The notes: generated by a model not told the origin, from the sequence alone. Shown: positions 1 through 12,990, counted from the stretch's first letter. The stretch is 64,000 nt of DNA from Felis catus (GCF_018350175.1 NC_058382.1:59646001-59710000); one strand, 5' to 3'. Numbers and translations: made by a program.

Positions 1-75
1 TAAATGCATTAATGAAGCTTTGATAAGCAATCAAAATAATCCAATCAATGGCATTTAACTGTAAGTGCTGGTACC

Positions 76-450
76 TGTTCAGCGTAGAGGCCGCTTTTAG
101 GAAAACAGGCTTGGGCGATGTAATGTGGATCGAAGACAGCCAGGCCCGGACCCACCCCGAAATACCCACTGGCCCTAACTGACCAGCGTGCTCCTTACAA
201 CCAGGCACAGTTAGCAAAAATGGGAGAATTCCAGGCGTCGCCATCCTTCCTCATCTTCCGCCTTTAGGAAGAGCCCCCTCCCCTACCGCCTCTTGGCAGA
301 CAGTCTCTCCTCTGCTGTCCTGCCCCTGCTCCCTGGTGCATTCAGTAGACTTCTAGCTCCTTTGTTCTGCCTCAGGTGAATTCTTTCAACGCCTAGGTTT
401 CCACCTGATCGTCATCCCACATTTGGGGGCCCCCATCTGATCAGGAGACA
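76..450 (+). mobile_element. Putative solo ERV1-like LTR
   Basis: TG...CA-bounded segment of about 375 bp with a decayed polyA-signal region (cattcagtagacttct) and a gtgaattctttc motif reminiscent of ERV1 LTRs; no clean TSD. Confidence 0.4.
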
Positions 451-512
451 CCCCCCCCCCCCGTATGTTAGAAATGAAAACAAACACACACATTCTGCAG
501 CTGCACACTTAC

Positions 513-604
513 TTCTCCAGCTCTAGCTGAGTCTTGAGTTTTTTCTTTGCTCCCATGGTGAGGGATTCAAATTTATTTAGATCTTCCTCAGTAAGGCTCA
601 GAAA
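513..604 (-). CDS. ZCCHC14: ZCCHC14 coding exon 9 (FLSLTEEDLNKFESLTMGAKKKLKTQLELEK; second half of the SAM domain)
   Basis: Acceptor ttctatggaag|TTT and donor GAA|GTAAGT; 92 nt. Later exons lie left of the window. Confidence 0.95.
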
Positions 605-1303
605 CTTCCATAGAAGAAAGAAATTACAAAGTTATTGAGAATCAACTTTGAAAACAAAGAACCTGAGACATAACCTAATAAATGCATTCTACCAGTAGGA
701 GAGGTAAATGGATCAAACCTAACTGGACAATGAAAGCCTTGGGAACATGAGGTCACTTGCTAAACGATATGGTGTCCCTTGTTCAAAATACGGAACGGTC
801 ACTCTACACATGAGGCTCACAGGGCGTGTCCCCCAGGCCCTCCACTCGCCGCCTGCAGAAGCCGGGGCACCTGGAAGGTCCACGACAGGCAAGTAAAGAA
901 AATGCCCTCAGTTTCCACTTCTACAGAGACTGGACCGGTGGAAGTGTCCCCCTCCTGTCCTGGGATCTACCCCCTCAAATGCAAGCCATTTATTCTCCTG
1001 CGGACAGGGACTATTCTTTTAACAGCGCTTTTGTCTCAAACACCACCACTTTAGGGACAAAGCCACTTTGTCCTGAAGCAAGTGATCCAGAAGAGCAGAG
1101 CAGATGTCATCTGAATCGAATGGCTAGCTAACCGGTGGTCTGACACCAAGAAAACACAACACTCTGGTTCCGTAATGTCACTGGTAATGTTTATGGCTAA
1201 AATTCAACTCCTACAGTGTAACATTTTAAACTGACCATGAGGCAAGGGTGGCAAAATGTGGTTTTCAAGAGTTATGAATCGTAAGCCAAGGGTATTACAA
1301 ATA

Positions 1304-1546
1304 CAGTAAAATCTTGGTTTGTGAGCATAATTCATTCCAGAAACATGCTTGTAATCAAAGTACTCATACCGAAGCGAATTTCCAGAACCAGTGGCTCAGT
1401 TGTGATCATGTGACGTTCAGCATCATGTACAACTCATAGTGCAAGACATTGCTCGTTTATCAAGTTAAAATTTATTAGAAATGTAGGCTCGTCTTGCAAA
1501 ACACTTGCAAACAGGAACAAGTTACTCGCAATCCCAGGTTTTACTG
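1304..1546. mobile_element. TcMar/Tigger-type MITE (243 bp)
   Basis: Terminal inverted repeats CAGTAAAATCTTGGTTTGTGAG and CTCGCAATCCCAGGTTTTACTG, with TA on both sides (1302-1303, 1547-1548). Confidence 0.85.
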
Positions 1547-2285
1547 TATACTTAAGAGCCGTCTTTTATTAGGTACTAAAAGCTTGATTTCTAGGTTCAA
1601 TTGAAGATTTTTGGACACATGAAATTTTTACAAAGCTAAAAGCACCGAGTGACTGCACCCAGCAGGGGGAGTCAGTTCAAACACTGCTACAGGCCTCATT
1701 TAGTTTTATCGCCAAGACACCAAGACTTAAGAAACTTCAGAATCTTCTAGAACGAAAAAATGCTCACCAAAATTCTCTATTGTAAAAAACTATCCCTATG
1801 TAGAACTGCTCGAAAGACACAAAACTGATCTATTCCTTTTGGTTCTATGACCCTCAATCGAGCCAGATCATCAGTGGGTTGTTCCCTTGGGTCCAAGCAT
1901 TCGGGACCCCTGTAAAATGGGCCCTTCCTGCACTGGAAGGGAGCGTGCGCACCAGAAATTCCCCATTCCTGCCGATGGCAGGGACGCTGGGGGATACGAT
2001 GTCCTTCAAATTGCACGGAGTATCTAACCTGCGGAGACCATAGTTAGCTTTAAAAAAACATGTTTACAACCAGTCCTGTTCCAGTTTTTGCTTTGGCTGC
2101 AGGGAGACTTCAAATCCAAACCCACCACCCCCCTCCAGTGAGCGTGCAGGACTTGGGGCACACACCCGTAGGTGTCAAATACCAGGCCGTGTGACTTCCA
2201 CAGCATGGATGGCAAGACACCCAACTCAAGCCCGCTAGGAATGAGCTCAGAGGAAGACTACGTTGCCTGCGGGTCACCCACGTAC

Positions 2286-2565
2286 CTTCTCCATCGTGAG
2301 CTGTTTGAAGACGGGGTAATATTTGTGCAAGCGCAGTTTCCTAAGCCAGTCTAAGATCCCATTCTGCTCCTGGGTCTGAGGGGTCTGCAGACTGGAGGGC
2401 ATCAGGATGGCGGGCGACGTGTCCATCTGGGCCCGGTAGGCCAGGGCTGAGCCGGCACCCCCCGCGTGGGAGCAGTGGGGCAAGGCGGCCGCGCCGGCCG
2501 AGTGCTGCATGTGGTGCTGGGCGCCGCTCTGAGAGGAGGGGATGCCGGCCACGCCACACACGGGC
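2286..2565 (-). CDS. ZCCHC14: ZCCHC14 coding exon 8 (PVCGVAGIPSSQ...GILDWLRKLRLHKYYPVFKQLTMEK; first half of the SAM domain)
   Basis: Acceptor ccccacag|G and donor AAG|GTACGT; 280 nt. Carries the Smaug/Vts1-type SAM signature WLRKLRLHKY. Confidence 0.96.
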
Positions 2566-3577
2566 CTGTGGGGACAGCAGACAGGTGGTTGCTGCCGCGG
2601 ACGAGAGAGAGGGGCACGGGGGCCAGCTCCGACAGGCTGGACTGCACGGGAGGCCCAGCCCCTGCCGACATCAGAGCCCTTTTTTGCCGCCGCCCCCCCC
2701 CCCCGACACCACCACCCTGAAGGCGTCCGTAGCTGTGCACACGTACACATATGTGCACACGCTTCTGTATCTGTAGGGTGTGCGTGAGTACACGCATCTG
2801 TGCGTAGACAGGTGCATTCGTATGCTCACGCTGGAGCGTATGCACACGTATGTGTGTTCGTGTGTGTCACCGCCAGACTTTTGGTTTCACTGTCTCATTT
2901 GTTACTTCTGTCATACGTGACAGAACGGACTCCTACATCTTTAACAACTGAATGCGTGTTTTCTGACCGAGTCCCAGCAGCGGGCTGAGAGGAGCGCTCC
3001 GCATTCGGCTTTCTGCCCTGGCCCCATTCACACCAGACCGCAAAGCCACACGTGCATCGCGTGCTCCCTCTGTGCCACGCGGGGGGGAAGAGGGCAGCAC
3101 TTCCACGGGCCTCGTTACCTGACGGCATCGTCACACCATCTGTGCACCTGTGTGACTGTGACACGGGCCCATTTTAATGGCCCGTTTGTCCCCTGAGCAC
3201 TGCGACAGTTGCTGTCGGGCCTCATGCTGACAGAGGATCCTTGGAGCACTGGCTGTGCCACCTCACGGCCACAATCGCTCCCTGGTTGCTTATAAAAAGG
3301 AAGATTCCCTGAAATTCTGGTTTCCTAGAACGTGCGGGGCCCGGAGACTGGCATTTGCGATAAAGGGTCCTTGTGAATTCCGGCTCCAGTGGCTCAGAAA
3401 ACCACTTGTTTCTCTATGTGGAGAAGTCATAAACCAGAGCATCTGTATCCAATCCTCTCACAGCATTATTCGAGACCGACTCCAAAAAGGACTTCACTCT
3501 GGGAACAAGTCTTTACACATCATCAGCAGAAGCTCCACCCTGACCTGAAACGTGCTGGTTACCCAGGAACGTCTCAC

Positions 3578-3632
3578 CTTCCAGACACGCCCATCACGGT
3601 GCCCACTTTGGAAAGGGAAGGGGTGCCAGGAC
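3578..3632 (-). CDS. ZCCHC14: ZCCHC14 coding exon 7 (PGTPSLSKVGTVMGVSGR)
   Basis: Acceptor ttacag|GT and donor AAG|GTGAGA; 55 nt; phases fit both neighbouring exons. Confidence 0.93.
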
Positions 3633-3711
3633 CTGTAAGTTACAATAAATGTCAGAAAGTGTACACACAATAAAACGGTTTTGTGTATTTCATCACATTT
3701 CACAAACTCAC

Positions 3712-3806
3712 TTGGACTTTGAAGCTGTTGGGTGGGAGATGAAGTGCTGAAAAATTTCTTAATGTGGTCATTTTTCAATACATGAGAAGGTAATGAAGTC
3801 AAATAC
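3712..3806 (-). CDS. ZCCHC14: ZCCHC14 coding exon 6 (YLTSLPSHVLKNDHIKKFFSTSSPTQQLQSPS)
   Basis: Acceptor tttttag|G and donor CAA|GTGAGT; 95 nt; matches part of ORF 3494..3838. Confidence 0.95.
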
Positions 3807-4454
3807 CTAAAAATTAAACAAAGTGGTTTTATCAGCATTAAGGTGGTATTCCCAAAAACTCACTGGGAGACAAATTTTAATTTCCAATGAAGAGAAACAC
3901 ACACTAGAGTGAAGTGAACAAAAGCACCACAACCCGTACTCTTTCTGCTTCAATTCAGCTGGACCCCTGTTACGACTCTTACCACCCCCCGGGGCCACCT
4001 CCGTCGCAGGGGCTGGGTCTCCGGGCCCGGACCCAGGCAACAGGCCTGCCTGCTCCGCACACTGACCAAGCCAGGGCGCGCTCTGCGGCTGGGGGACGCT
4101 GGCCGGGGGACTTCATCGGGCCCTGTTTTGCCCTGCAACAGTCCCAACTTTCCACTGTGGGACCTCATTTCATCAAACTGTCGAAATCACACTGAACAGT
4201 GACATATACTATAAAATTCCTTTACTCGTATCTTCAAAAGCATGCCTTTCAATTCTCCATAAGGGAGGAAAATCCATGGAGGCAAAACAGAGACCCAGAC
4301 TGCTGAGCACAACATGTCCCCTCAAGAGCTGCTGGGGTGACCACGAGGCTCAGGTGTGCACTCGCCCGGCCCTGGCCACGCCACAAGGCCCACGGGCAGG
4401 CACCACGGGGCAGCACCCCTGGCCCGCGGGTGCAGGGGCACAGTGGCGCATTAC

Positions 4455-4564
4455 CTCAGGTCCGCTTCCAGATCCATGTGGCTTCGCTCTACGTAAAAGG
4501 AATCTGGGCCAGCCAAGCAAGGAATGAATTTCTCCAGATTTTCTTCAGGGTACAGCTGAGGTAA
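4455..4564 (-). CDS. ZCCHC14: ZCCHC14 coding exon 5 (LPQLYPEENLEKFIPCLAGPDSFYVERSHMDLEADLR)
   Basis: Acceptor tctctttcag|TTA and donor GAG|GTAATG; 110 nt. Confidence 0.95.
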
Positions 4565-4699
4565 CTGAAAGAGACAGAAACGCATCGGAGGTCTGTCAAA
4601 ATTCACTTGACACGGGAACCCCTGCGGTTGAGAACTGGGTAGGTCCTGGGTGCTGACATCTGTGGGACACTATAGCCCACCCTTGTCTCAGATCTCTGG

Positions 4700-6430
4700 G
4701 ATTTTACTTCCACTCGGGATGGGAAAGCCACAAGAGAACATCACTCCCACCACAGCTTCAGGAAAAAGCTTGGTCATCTGCACAATCTCCTTCTCGTGAG
4801 CCCATCAGAGAACTAAGTTGCGAGGTCACTATGTGAACTGAATTTCAAGAGGGACCTGCCCCTCCAAGGAGAGACAAAACACATGACCCATCTCTGTGGC
4901 AAAGCACAAGGAAGAGGGGGCCACCACGCCAGCAGGCAGAAGAGGTCAGAAGACGGGACACTTCCCGCAGGCTGAGTGTGGGCCAAACATCAGTCAGGCG
5001 AGAGCCCCAGACACCAGGGGAGTGTGCCCTCCTTCCCAAGCTTGCTTCCACAGGAGACTGGAGAGAGTCCCCAGGGTGGCAGAGGTGGGGGCTGGCTACC
5101 CCTGGGGGCCTGGCAGGAACCCCCAATGCCTCTCCCTGGAGCCTTCTCTAAATCCGAGACAAAAGCCCCTAAGCCTTGGGGATGAGGCAGAAGCAATACC
5201 CTCCTGCCTCTACAGGAGGGGAGGGAGTCTGCTTGGCATGAGGCCACAGGCAGAGATGCCCTGCTTCTGGGGGGAAGGTAGTACGCGCACGACCCTCTGG
5301 CCCTGACGAAAAAGCAAAAACCCTCTTGGGCAGAGGATGCTACGCCAGGACAAAGCCGGGATCAGCCACTGTTGGGGAAGAAAGGGGCAGGGATGCCGAG
5401 AAAGCCCCCCAGGGCCCCGTGCCTGGGACTGAGGCCGGACCAAGGGGATGGAGAACACCTCACCCCTACGTCTGTTACCAAGCAACAAGTGACCGCAGTC
5501 TCCCCTCCGGTTCAGGGAGAGCCCCTCCGGGCCATGGACACAGAGGACTACTGAGGGCTAAGAATGAAGTCGGACCACTGACAGGAACCTCTGACACTGC
5601 AGGCCCCTCCCTCGGCTCCAGGTGCAGTGAGGGACCAGAAGCCCGCAGGGTACACAAGCCCACAGCAGCAACAAAACCCAAACCCAGCTCAACTCCTGAC
5701 TGGACCAATGCGACGACCCCCCCAAGGGCCTGAGAGCAGCGGCAGGGCGCCCATTCCCAAGCAGATACATGGCTTCCCTCGGTTTCTACATTTTCTAAGC
5801 ACGATGTCTATCATTCAGTCAAAAATTGCAATATACAGGGGGAAAAAATAAGAGGGGAAAAAAAACTATGGTCAAGCTAATCATCAGAGCCAGACTCAGA
5901 GATAACCCAGATGCTGGAACTATCAGACAGGATTACAAAATAACCATGATTAACATACTGAAGAATTTAGTGAGAACACAGACAACACACATGGACAAAT
6001 GGGAAATCACAGCAGAGAGATGGAAACTTGAGTAGAAGACGTGTCAAACAGAAAAGCTAGAAGAAACAAAAAAAACCCAGGGAAACAGAAAACCACGGTC
6101 CCAGAGATGAAGAACTTGGCACGTTAACTAGCCTCAGGAGCAGCCTGGGCAGAGGTGAGGAGAAGCCCCAGGGAACTTGAAAACAGGGCAACAGAAACCG
6201 TCCAACCGAAACACACAGCGGAAAGAGCAAGAAAAACAAACAGAGCACCCAAGGGCTGTGGACAATGTCCAAGGTCCAGGTGCATGGAGCGGACATCCCA
6301 GGGCCAGAGAAAGGATGGGGCAGAAGAAACATGTGAAGAGATCATGGGTGAGAATCCTCCAGAATTAACAAAAGGCAATAAACCAGATCCCCAAGGAGGC
6401 CAGGGAGCCCAAAGTCCAGCAGACAAGCAG
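4700..6430 (+). mobile_element. Old L1 5'/ORF1-region fragment(s), antisense to ZCCHC14
   Basis: A-rich L1M-like motifs such as cagatgctggaactatcagacaggattacaaaataaccatgattaacat; boundaries approximate. Confidence 0.55.
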
Positions 6431-7237
6431 CACTGCGCCCACCCAGCGGGTCCGAATTCCCGCCTGCATCACCACAGGCCAGAGCGATGGACTTCGTACC
6501 AATCGAGAGGCCAGGCACACAGGAGAGGAAATGTAGCGTTCTCAGTGTGACAGAGGAAAGTGCATCCAGGGGGAGGGGCAGTGATCCCAGAAAGCATGGC
6601 TCACAGGCCAGGAGGAAAGGCGCCAGCAAACAACTTCTGTCTGAGCTTTTAAAACAGGACCCATCACCTGGATTTTCTCCTACAGGATTATGTCCTTGAC
6701 TTTATAGTGAAAAACGTAACACTCGCTTCGGAGACACCTTACATACGTCACTCCATGAAATGAGGGGACTCATTAAGATGCACCTGCTTTGGCTAAAGAC
6801 AGAGGTTCACCACTCTGACCCGGGCCAGTGGACTCCGAACACGTATTAGCCATAAAGGCACACACGTGCCTACGTATGTGCACATGTCAAGTGGCATTTA
6901 GTTAGTACTGGAACCTTTTGTTCAGGTGACAGCTGTTGAAACAACTGGAAAATCCAGTATGTACGACAGACCCAGGTGGAACCAGGTGGAGTCTCTCTGA
7001 GCCTCCGCTGCAGAGTAACCACACCAAACACCCCTCAGCTGCCTGTGCAGGCCACAGCGTCCTGCGTCTTCGTGCTCTCCACAACTGCAGGGAGATCGGG
7101 TCGCGGCACCGGGGACCAGGCTTTTATGGCCATGCACCAATTACTTGCTCTGCCAGCTGAAGGAAGCAATCCACTGAAATCACTCTGCAGTGTTATCAAG
7201 AGCCTTTTAATTTTTGAAGAGCCCTTAATCACCTTAC

Positions 7238-7309
7238 CTTTGACATAAATTCAGTCACTTCAGAGGAAGATTTGGTTACTGATGTTACTGAAGAATCAGA
7301 CCACAAGAC
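7238..7309 (-). CDS. ZCCHC14: ZCCHC14 coding exon 4 (VLWSDSSVTSVTKSSSEVTEFMSK)
   Basis: Acceptor gttttcaag|GTC and donor AAG|GTAAGG; 72 nt; phase 0/0. Confidence 0.95.
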
Positions 7310-9619
7310 CTTGAAAACAAACAAACAAACAAACCTTAAAAACAGACGCCACATGTGTGACTCACAACGCACCTGTCTGGGGAATCTTCACGGGCACAGG
7401 TGCAGTGAGCGCGATGAGCCCTAAGTGTGGCGGACCTTGTGAATGGGGTAGTTACACATCCCCTGACTCGTGAGAGGAAAGCTCACCTGGCTCAAGTCCC
7501 TTAAGGCTTAACTTCCTGTTGTGTGCAATTATTCAAATATCACCAATTACTCACAAGCACGGAGTCTGAGGCTGGCTCCACAAACTCGTAGGCAGTCGCT
7601 GACCCTTACGACCGGCCGTGTATGCCAGTGCCCACCGTCCTCAAGTGCACCTCCTCTTAGGTCAGAAGGAGACAAGGCCCCTGCCCTCAGGGACCTGACA
7701 GAACAGGCCCGGGCCAGTCAGAACTAGCAGAGCGCTGGGGCCACGGGCTGGGTAGAAAGCACCAGAAAGGGCTTTCTGGAAGAAGCTCTACAGTGCCGCG
7801 TGTGCCCAAGACTGTCCATACTGCACTTACTCACCCGCACACGAGGGGTGGGAGGTTGTATTTCATCCCGGGGTCAAAGCGGGTCTCCCGAGACGGACTG
7901 CATGCGCCCTGGGGGGAGGGCTGTGTCACCTCCCTCCCATTTTTCCAGTGTTTCCTGACCACCTGTGGGCACCACCAACAAGTGGGGGGGGGGTGAGAAG
8001 GGGCGGGGGTGAATGGAGGTGGGGGTGAGTGGGGGTGGGAGGAGGCGGGCGGGGGTGGGGAGCAGCACTCAGGTGCCTGAACTGGGAAGTAGCATGTCCA
8101 CCACAGGAAGAGGCGCACGGGTGTGAGGGGTGAGGCGGGCAGGGCCATGACAAGAGGGGTTAGACCATGAAGCAGGGATTTTGCCCTCAGATCCAGAAGA
8201 AGCCACTGGAGGGTTTCAAGCCCAGAAGTAAAGTGACGAAAAAGAACGCATTATGTTTCCAGCGATGGAGTAGACAGAGCGTGGCGGTTTGGGTGGCCCC
8301 CCTCTGCTCCCCCCTCCTGCCAGCACCTTCTAAGAAACAGCCCACCGTGGTTGCTGACGGCCCCCCACGTCCCCTTTCCTCCGCCAAAATCCACACGAGT
8401 CCCTTCCATCCCCACAGCTGCCGTGACAAATATGAAGGTGGCCGTCTCACCAACCTCCCATGAGACACAAGCCAACTGAGGAAAGGGGCTCCTCCCCTGA
8501 CCTCAGAGCTCCGGCGCGCAGTGGCCTCTCCGCGTCACACGCTGGTGCTCTCTGAACGAGTGTGCCTCGCCGCCCAGATGGACCCCACAAGGTGCACTTA
8601 ACTAATCTGCTCCTGCGTGAGACAAACAACTCTCAAGACACCGGCCACACATTTGGAGCAAGCTGCTGCCCATGAAATACCAGTACCATCCACGACCAGA
8701 GGCAGGAACGCTCTGGTCCTTAGACGCTGGGCCCAAAGCACTGCTGACGTCCCGCGTCTGTCAAAGTGCAACACGGGGTGGAGGATCGCTCTTCTCCTCG
8801 TGCCTCTCAGACCAGGGAGGACTGAGTCCAGTCGGAGTCTGCCTCTTTCTGTTCACGTTCACATCCGTGAATGCATCTTAGACCCCACGAAACACGAAAT
8901 CCAACGCCCAAGCAACAAGCGCAGCATGGACAGATCACGTAATGTTGAAACAGACAATCTGCTGCCCCAGAAGTCATGTGCTTTCAACAGGCAAAATCAC
9001 TGCAGGTGTCAGCTCCTGATACATTTCCATTTACTTCCCAACGGAGCTGATAATTCAGCCTAAGGCAGACAGAAAGCAAGGGCTCACTTCCAGGCCGGCC
9101 TCGGCACCACCATGCTCTACAGCTGACACAGCTTCCTTCACGCTCACCCTCAGCCTTCCCCGCGGGCCCACACCCCTGCACGAGAGGAGGGCACAGGCCC
9201 CGGGAGGGGCATGGACACAGAACAGCCTCATGGCATGCCACGTGCTAGACACATGTCCCGTCAAATCCAAGGTGGCACCAACTGTAAGCTACCCCATCAT
9301 CTTACGTGCCGCCAAGGAAAAAACTTACCAGACAAATTATGGCACAATATTTTCCTGTCACTTGTACCTATTCAAAGAGCTACTAAGACAGACTGTAAAA
9401 TACCCCAAGAATAAACAAAACGCAAAACGTGCACAAAACAGATAGACTACATCACATTATGTCTCAGTCCCCTGACTTACTTCTCAGCTCCATCCCCGAC
9501 GTCCCTGTGTCGCCCACAGCACCTCAGCCAGAGGCCCTGCCACAGCCCGGACGTGAGCAGGCGGGCCCAGCACTAGAACATCTAGCACCAGGCCTTGGAG
9601 AGCCCAAGTAGGCCTGGTA

Positions 9620-10200
9620 GAAACAAAGGCCATGTGCGAAGAAGAAAACAGTTTTAAAAAACTAAAAACAATCATTACTATTCTCATTGAACTACAGAAG
9701 AAAGCATAGCCAAGAACAGGATGCTATGAAAAAAGAACGGCCAGAGAAAAAGCGTTCCTTGAAATGGAAACAGGACAGGAGTGAAAAATTCCATTGAAGA
9801 GAGGGGAGATGATGCGGTCTTCCATAAAGTGGACCGAAATACCGAAGGAAAAGAAAACAGAGAAAAATATAAAAGAAAGAACCAGTCTTGAGATCCAAAA
9901 TGCAGACAGCAGGAGTTCCAAAGCAAGAAAACAGAGAAAAGCAGAGTAGAGGAAATCAAAAGGGAGGATTCAGGACGAGGCCCCCAAATGATGGATGTGA
10001 GTTTTCAGGTTAAAAGGGTCCATGCAGTCCCAGCACAATGATGAGAACAGACCCACAGCCAAGCATGGGTGAGGAGTGGGCAAACACCCAGGACTGAGGA
10101 AACCCTGAAAAGCACCAGTGAGACAGGAGTGCTCCCCATTTCCTAAGGAAGAGTGATGTCCAGCCGCCAACTGAGTGTTCTCAGCACCATGCCAGGAGCA
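9620..10200 (+). mobile_element. Old L1 ORF1-region fragment
   Basis: A-rich L1M-like sequence (ttccttgaaatggaaac...aggagttccaaagcaagaaaacagagaa). Confidence 0.5.
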
Positions 10201-12481
10201 TACAGACCTCACACACTGTACCTCCGGAGTGCCCTAAGAAGCCACCAGACAAAGGATGACATAAGACCTGAGAACAGGCAATGGTGCCTGCACGGAGGGA
10301 GGCAAGTGGTGGTGAGGGGAGAGCCGCGTGCCCACCAAGGACCGCCGCTCCACACGGTAGCAGAGTCGCAGCTCAGAGATGGAAGCAACGGGGTGCCGGG
10401 ACTGAGTGCGATGAGGGGTTTCAGACGACTGGGGGACCCCTAGGGTGAAGCCACTTCTAGGCACCGCTCCTTAAGCAGGAACCAAACCGGCACACCAACA
10501 GAGACAATTCCAGGGAAAGCCCTGAGCATGTACCACGTGGCTCCAGGATCAGCAACCCTCACACAGTCACACTACTACCACGCAGCCACTGTGGTACACA
10601 TCAAGACACGCTGTTCCCTGCTCCTCCTGGCCGTGGACGCAGAATTACTGGACTCTCCACACTCTGCATACAGAGCTGACAGAAACAGAAACTTAATTCA
10701 AAACATGGTGGTCAAGACTCATCTTTGCCAACGCTGAGATGATACTCAGAGAAGTCAAGATTATTTTGAAATGAAAAAATAAAACTTCCAAAGAAAAGAT
10801 CTAGCACTAAAATAAACGTAATGCCTGGATTCCTGGGAAAGAATGGCACAAAAAGAATGTTTTTTTCATTAATATTGTTCCACAGTTCTTTTTTAAGTCA
10901 ATTAAAATCCTACAGTCCAGTAAGTATTTCAAGGGGTTGGGTCATCTTTTGGTCTTTTTCCCCCCCTCTCTATCCTCACATCTAACAAGAAAATCTTTTC
11001 ATTAAAAAAAGGTTCAGTTATTCCAGTGTCTTAACAGTGAGGGAGAAAGCTGGTAAATGCGGACATTTCCCACGTACGTGGTTACGTACGAACTTGGGAT
11101 TTCCAGTCGCTTGCTTCCTGCCTCCTGATCTGCTCTCCTCAGTGACCAGTGACCAGCAATGGCAACTTCCGCAAAAGACACAACCAACTCCATGGAAAAG
11201 AACAGGAAGCGCAAAGTGCAACCTGTAGTACAGGTTTACATACTGACGGCATCTCAATCCGGCTACACGAGCCCTCCTATAAAAGACACCTTTCATCCGT
11301 GTCCTGGAAAACAGGGATATGTACAAATTAAAGCTGGAGATAAACAGGACTGCGAAGACAGTGGGCAGGGGCCGCGGAGCCCTCCCGGACTCGGGAAGGC
11401 TGGCAGGAGGAAGGCTTCCCCGCGTCCCCTCTGCTGCCAGCACACAGGCCCGCCGCCACGCGCGGAGGACGCCCCTAGAAGTGTTCTCCCTGCTCTAGTC
11501 CCAGAACAGGAGCTGTTTATTTCCGTACAAGAGATGCCACACTTAACGGACAATTTAATTCTCATTAGTTAGGGTTCTGTGGGCAAAAGGAAAGGCTTAA
11601 TCCTCAGGTAGCTTTTTTAAAAAAGTTTTACTGAGTTATAACAGACGATGAACTGCACCTATCTAAAGGGTGTAAAACTCGGTAATTTTGGGCACGCATT
11701 TATGCCCAGGAAACCATCACTCCTGTGGAAACAATGAACACACCCGTCACCTCTAGAAGCTTCCTCCTCCTTTCCTGAGGAGGCTGCTCCTGCGTCACTG
11801 TAGTTAGTGCCCACTTCCTACAACCTTCTGCAAGCGGGCTCGGACAGAATACACTCTTTTCTGGCGAGGGCTCTGGCTTTTCTTACACAGTGTCATTATT
11901 TGCACATTCTCCACATTGCTGGTGTAGCAACAGCTCAGTCCTTTCCACTCCGGGTAGGCCCACACCCTCCTGTGGACGGATATTCGGACTTGTACACATA
12001 AAGCTGTCGTGAACGTTCTTGTACAAACCTCTGTGGGAACAAATGCTTTCATTTCCTGCGGATCAACACCTTGGAGAAGAACTGAGGGGTCAGACTTCAG
12101 GGAAATATTTAACTTTGTAGAGAACTACCAGATACCTTGTAAAGACACTGCAGCCCTGTGCACACGCCCCACCAGTGCGGGGACGGTCCCCAGCTGTGGC
12201 CACCACGTGGGCACGCAGAGCCTCACTAGGGGTCTACCTGACGTTCTCCTAACGACTAGTGAGACAGACGGAGTATGTGCTCACGTGGGACATCCGTCCC
12301 CCAAACACGTCCTCTGCTCACGTGTCCGTTCACATCTTTGGCTCATTTTTTATTGGGTTGTTTTCTTATCACTGAGTTTGGAGAGTTCTTCACAAACTCT
12401 AAATAAAAACTCTACCAAATATGTAACTTGCAACCACCTTCTCCTGGTGTGTGGTCTGTCTTTGCACCTCCTCAAGGCGCC

Positions 12482-12715
12482 TTTTTTTTTTTTTTTTAAT
12501 TTTTAAATGTTTATTTTTGAGAGAGAGAGAGAGAGAGAGCGCATGCACAGGGGAGGGGCAGAGAGGGAGGGAGACACAGAATCTGAAGCAGGCTCCAGGC
12601 CCTGAGCTGTCAGCACAGAGCCTGATGTGGGGCTCGAACTCATGGAACTGTGAGATCATGACCTGAGCCGAAACGAAGAGTCAGCTGCTTAACTGACTGA
12701 GCCACCCAGGTGGCC
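12482..12715 (-). mobile_element. Can-SINE (SINEC_Fc-type)
   Basis: PolyT, (GA)n and reverse tRNA-derived head; TSD CTCAAGG(C/T)GCC. Confidence 0.92.
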
Positions 12716-12990
12716 CTCAAGGTGCCTCCTGGGGGCCAAGTTTGACATCCTGAGCAAGTCCAATGTATTTATTTTGTCTTTTATGGATCATGTTCTTGGT
12801 GCTGTTGTGAAGAAATCCGCCTCGCCATACAGTCTTGTATGCTTTCTTCCACACTCATAATTTTAGGCTGTGCGTTTAGGATTATGACCAGTTTTGAAGT
12901 AATCTTGTATAAGGTGTGAGGTTTGGTCAAGGTTCCTATTTTTGCATACAGGTGCTCGCTCAGGAACTGTTTGCTGAAAAGACCATCCTT

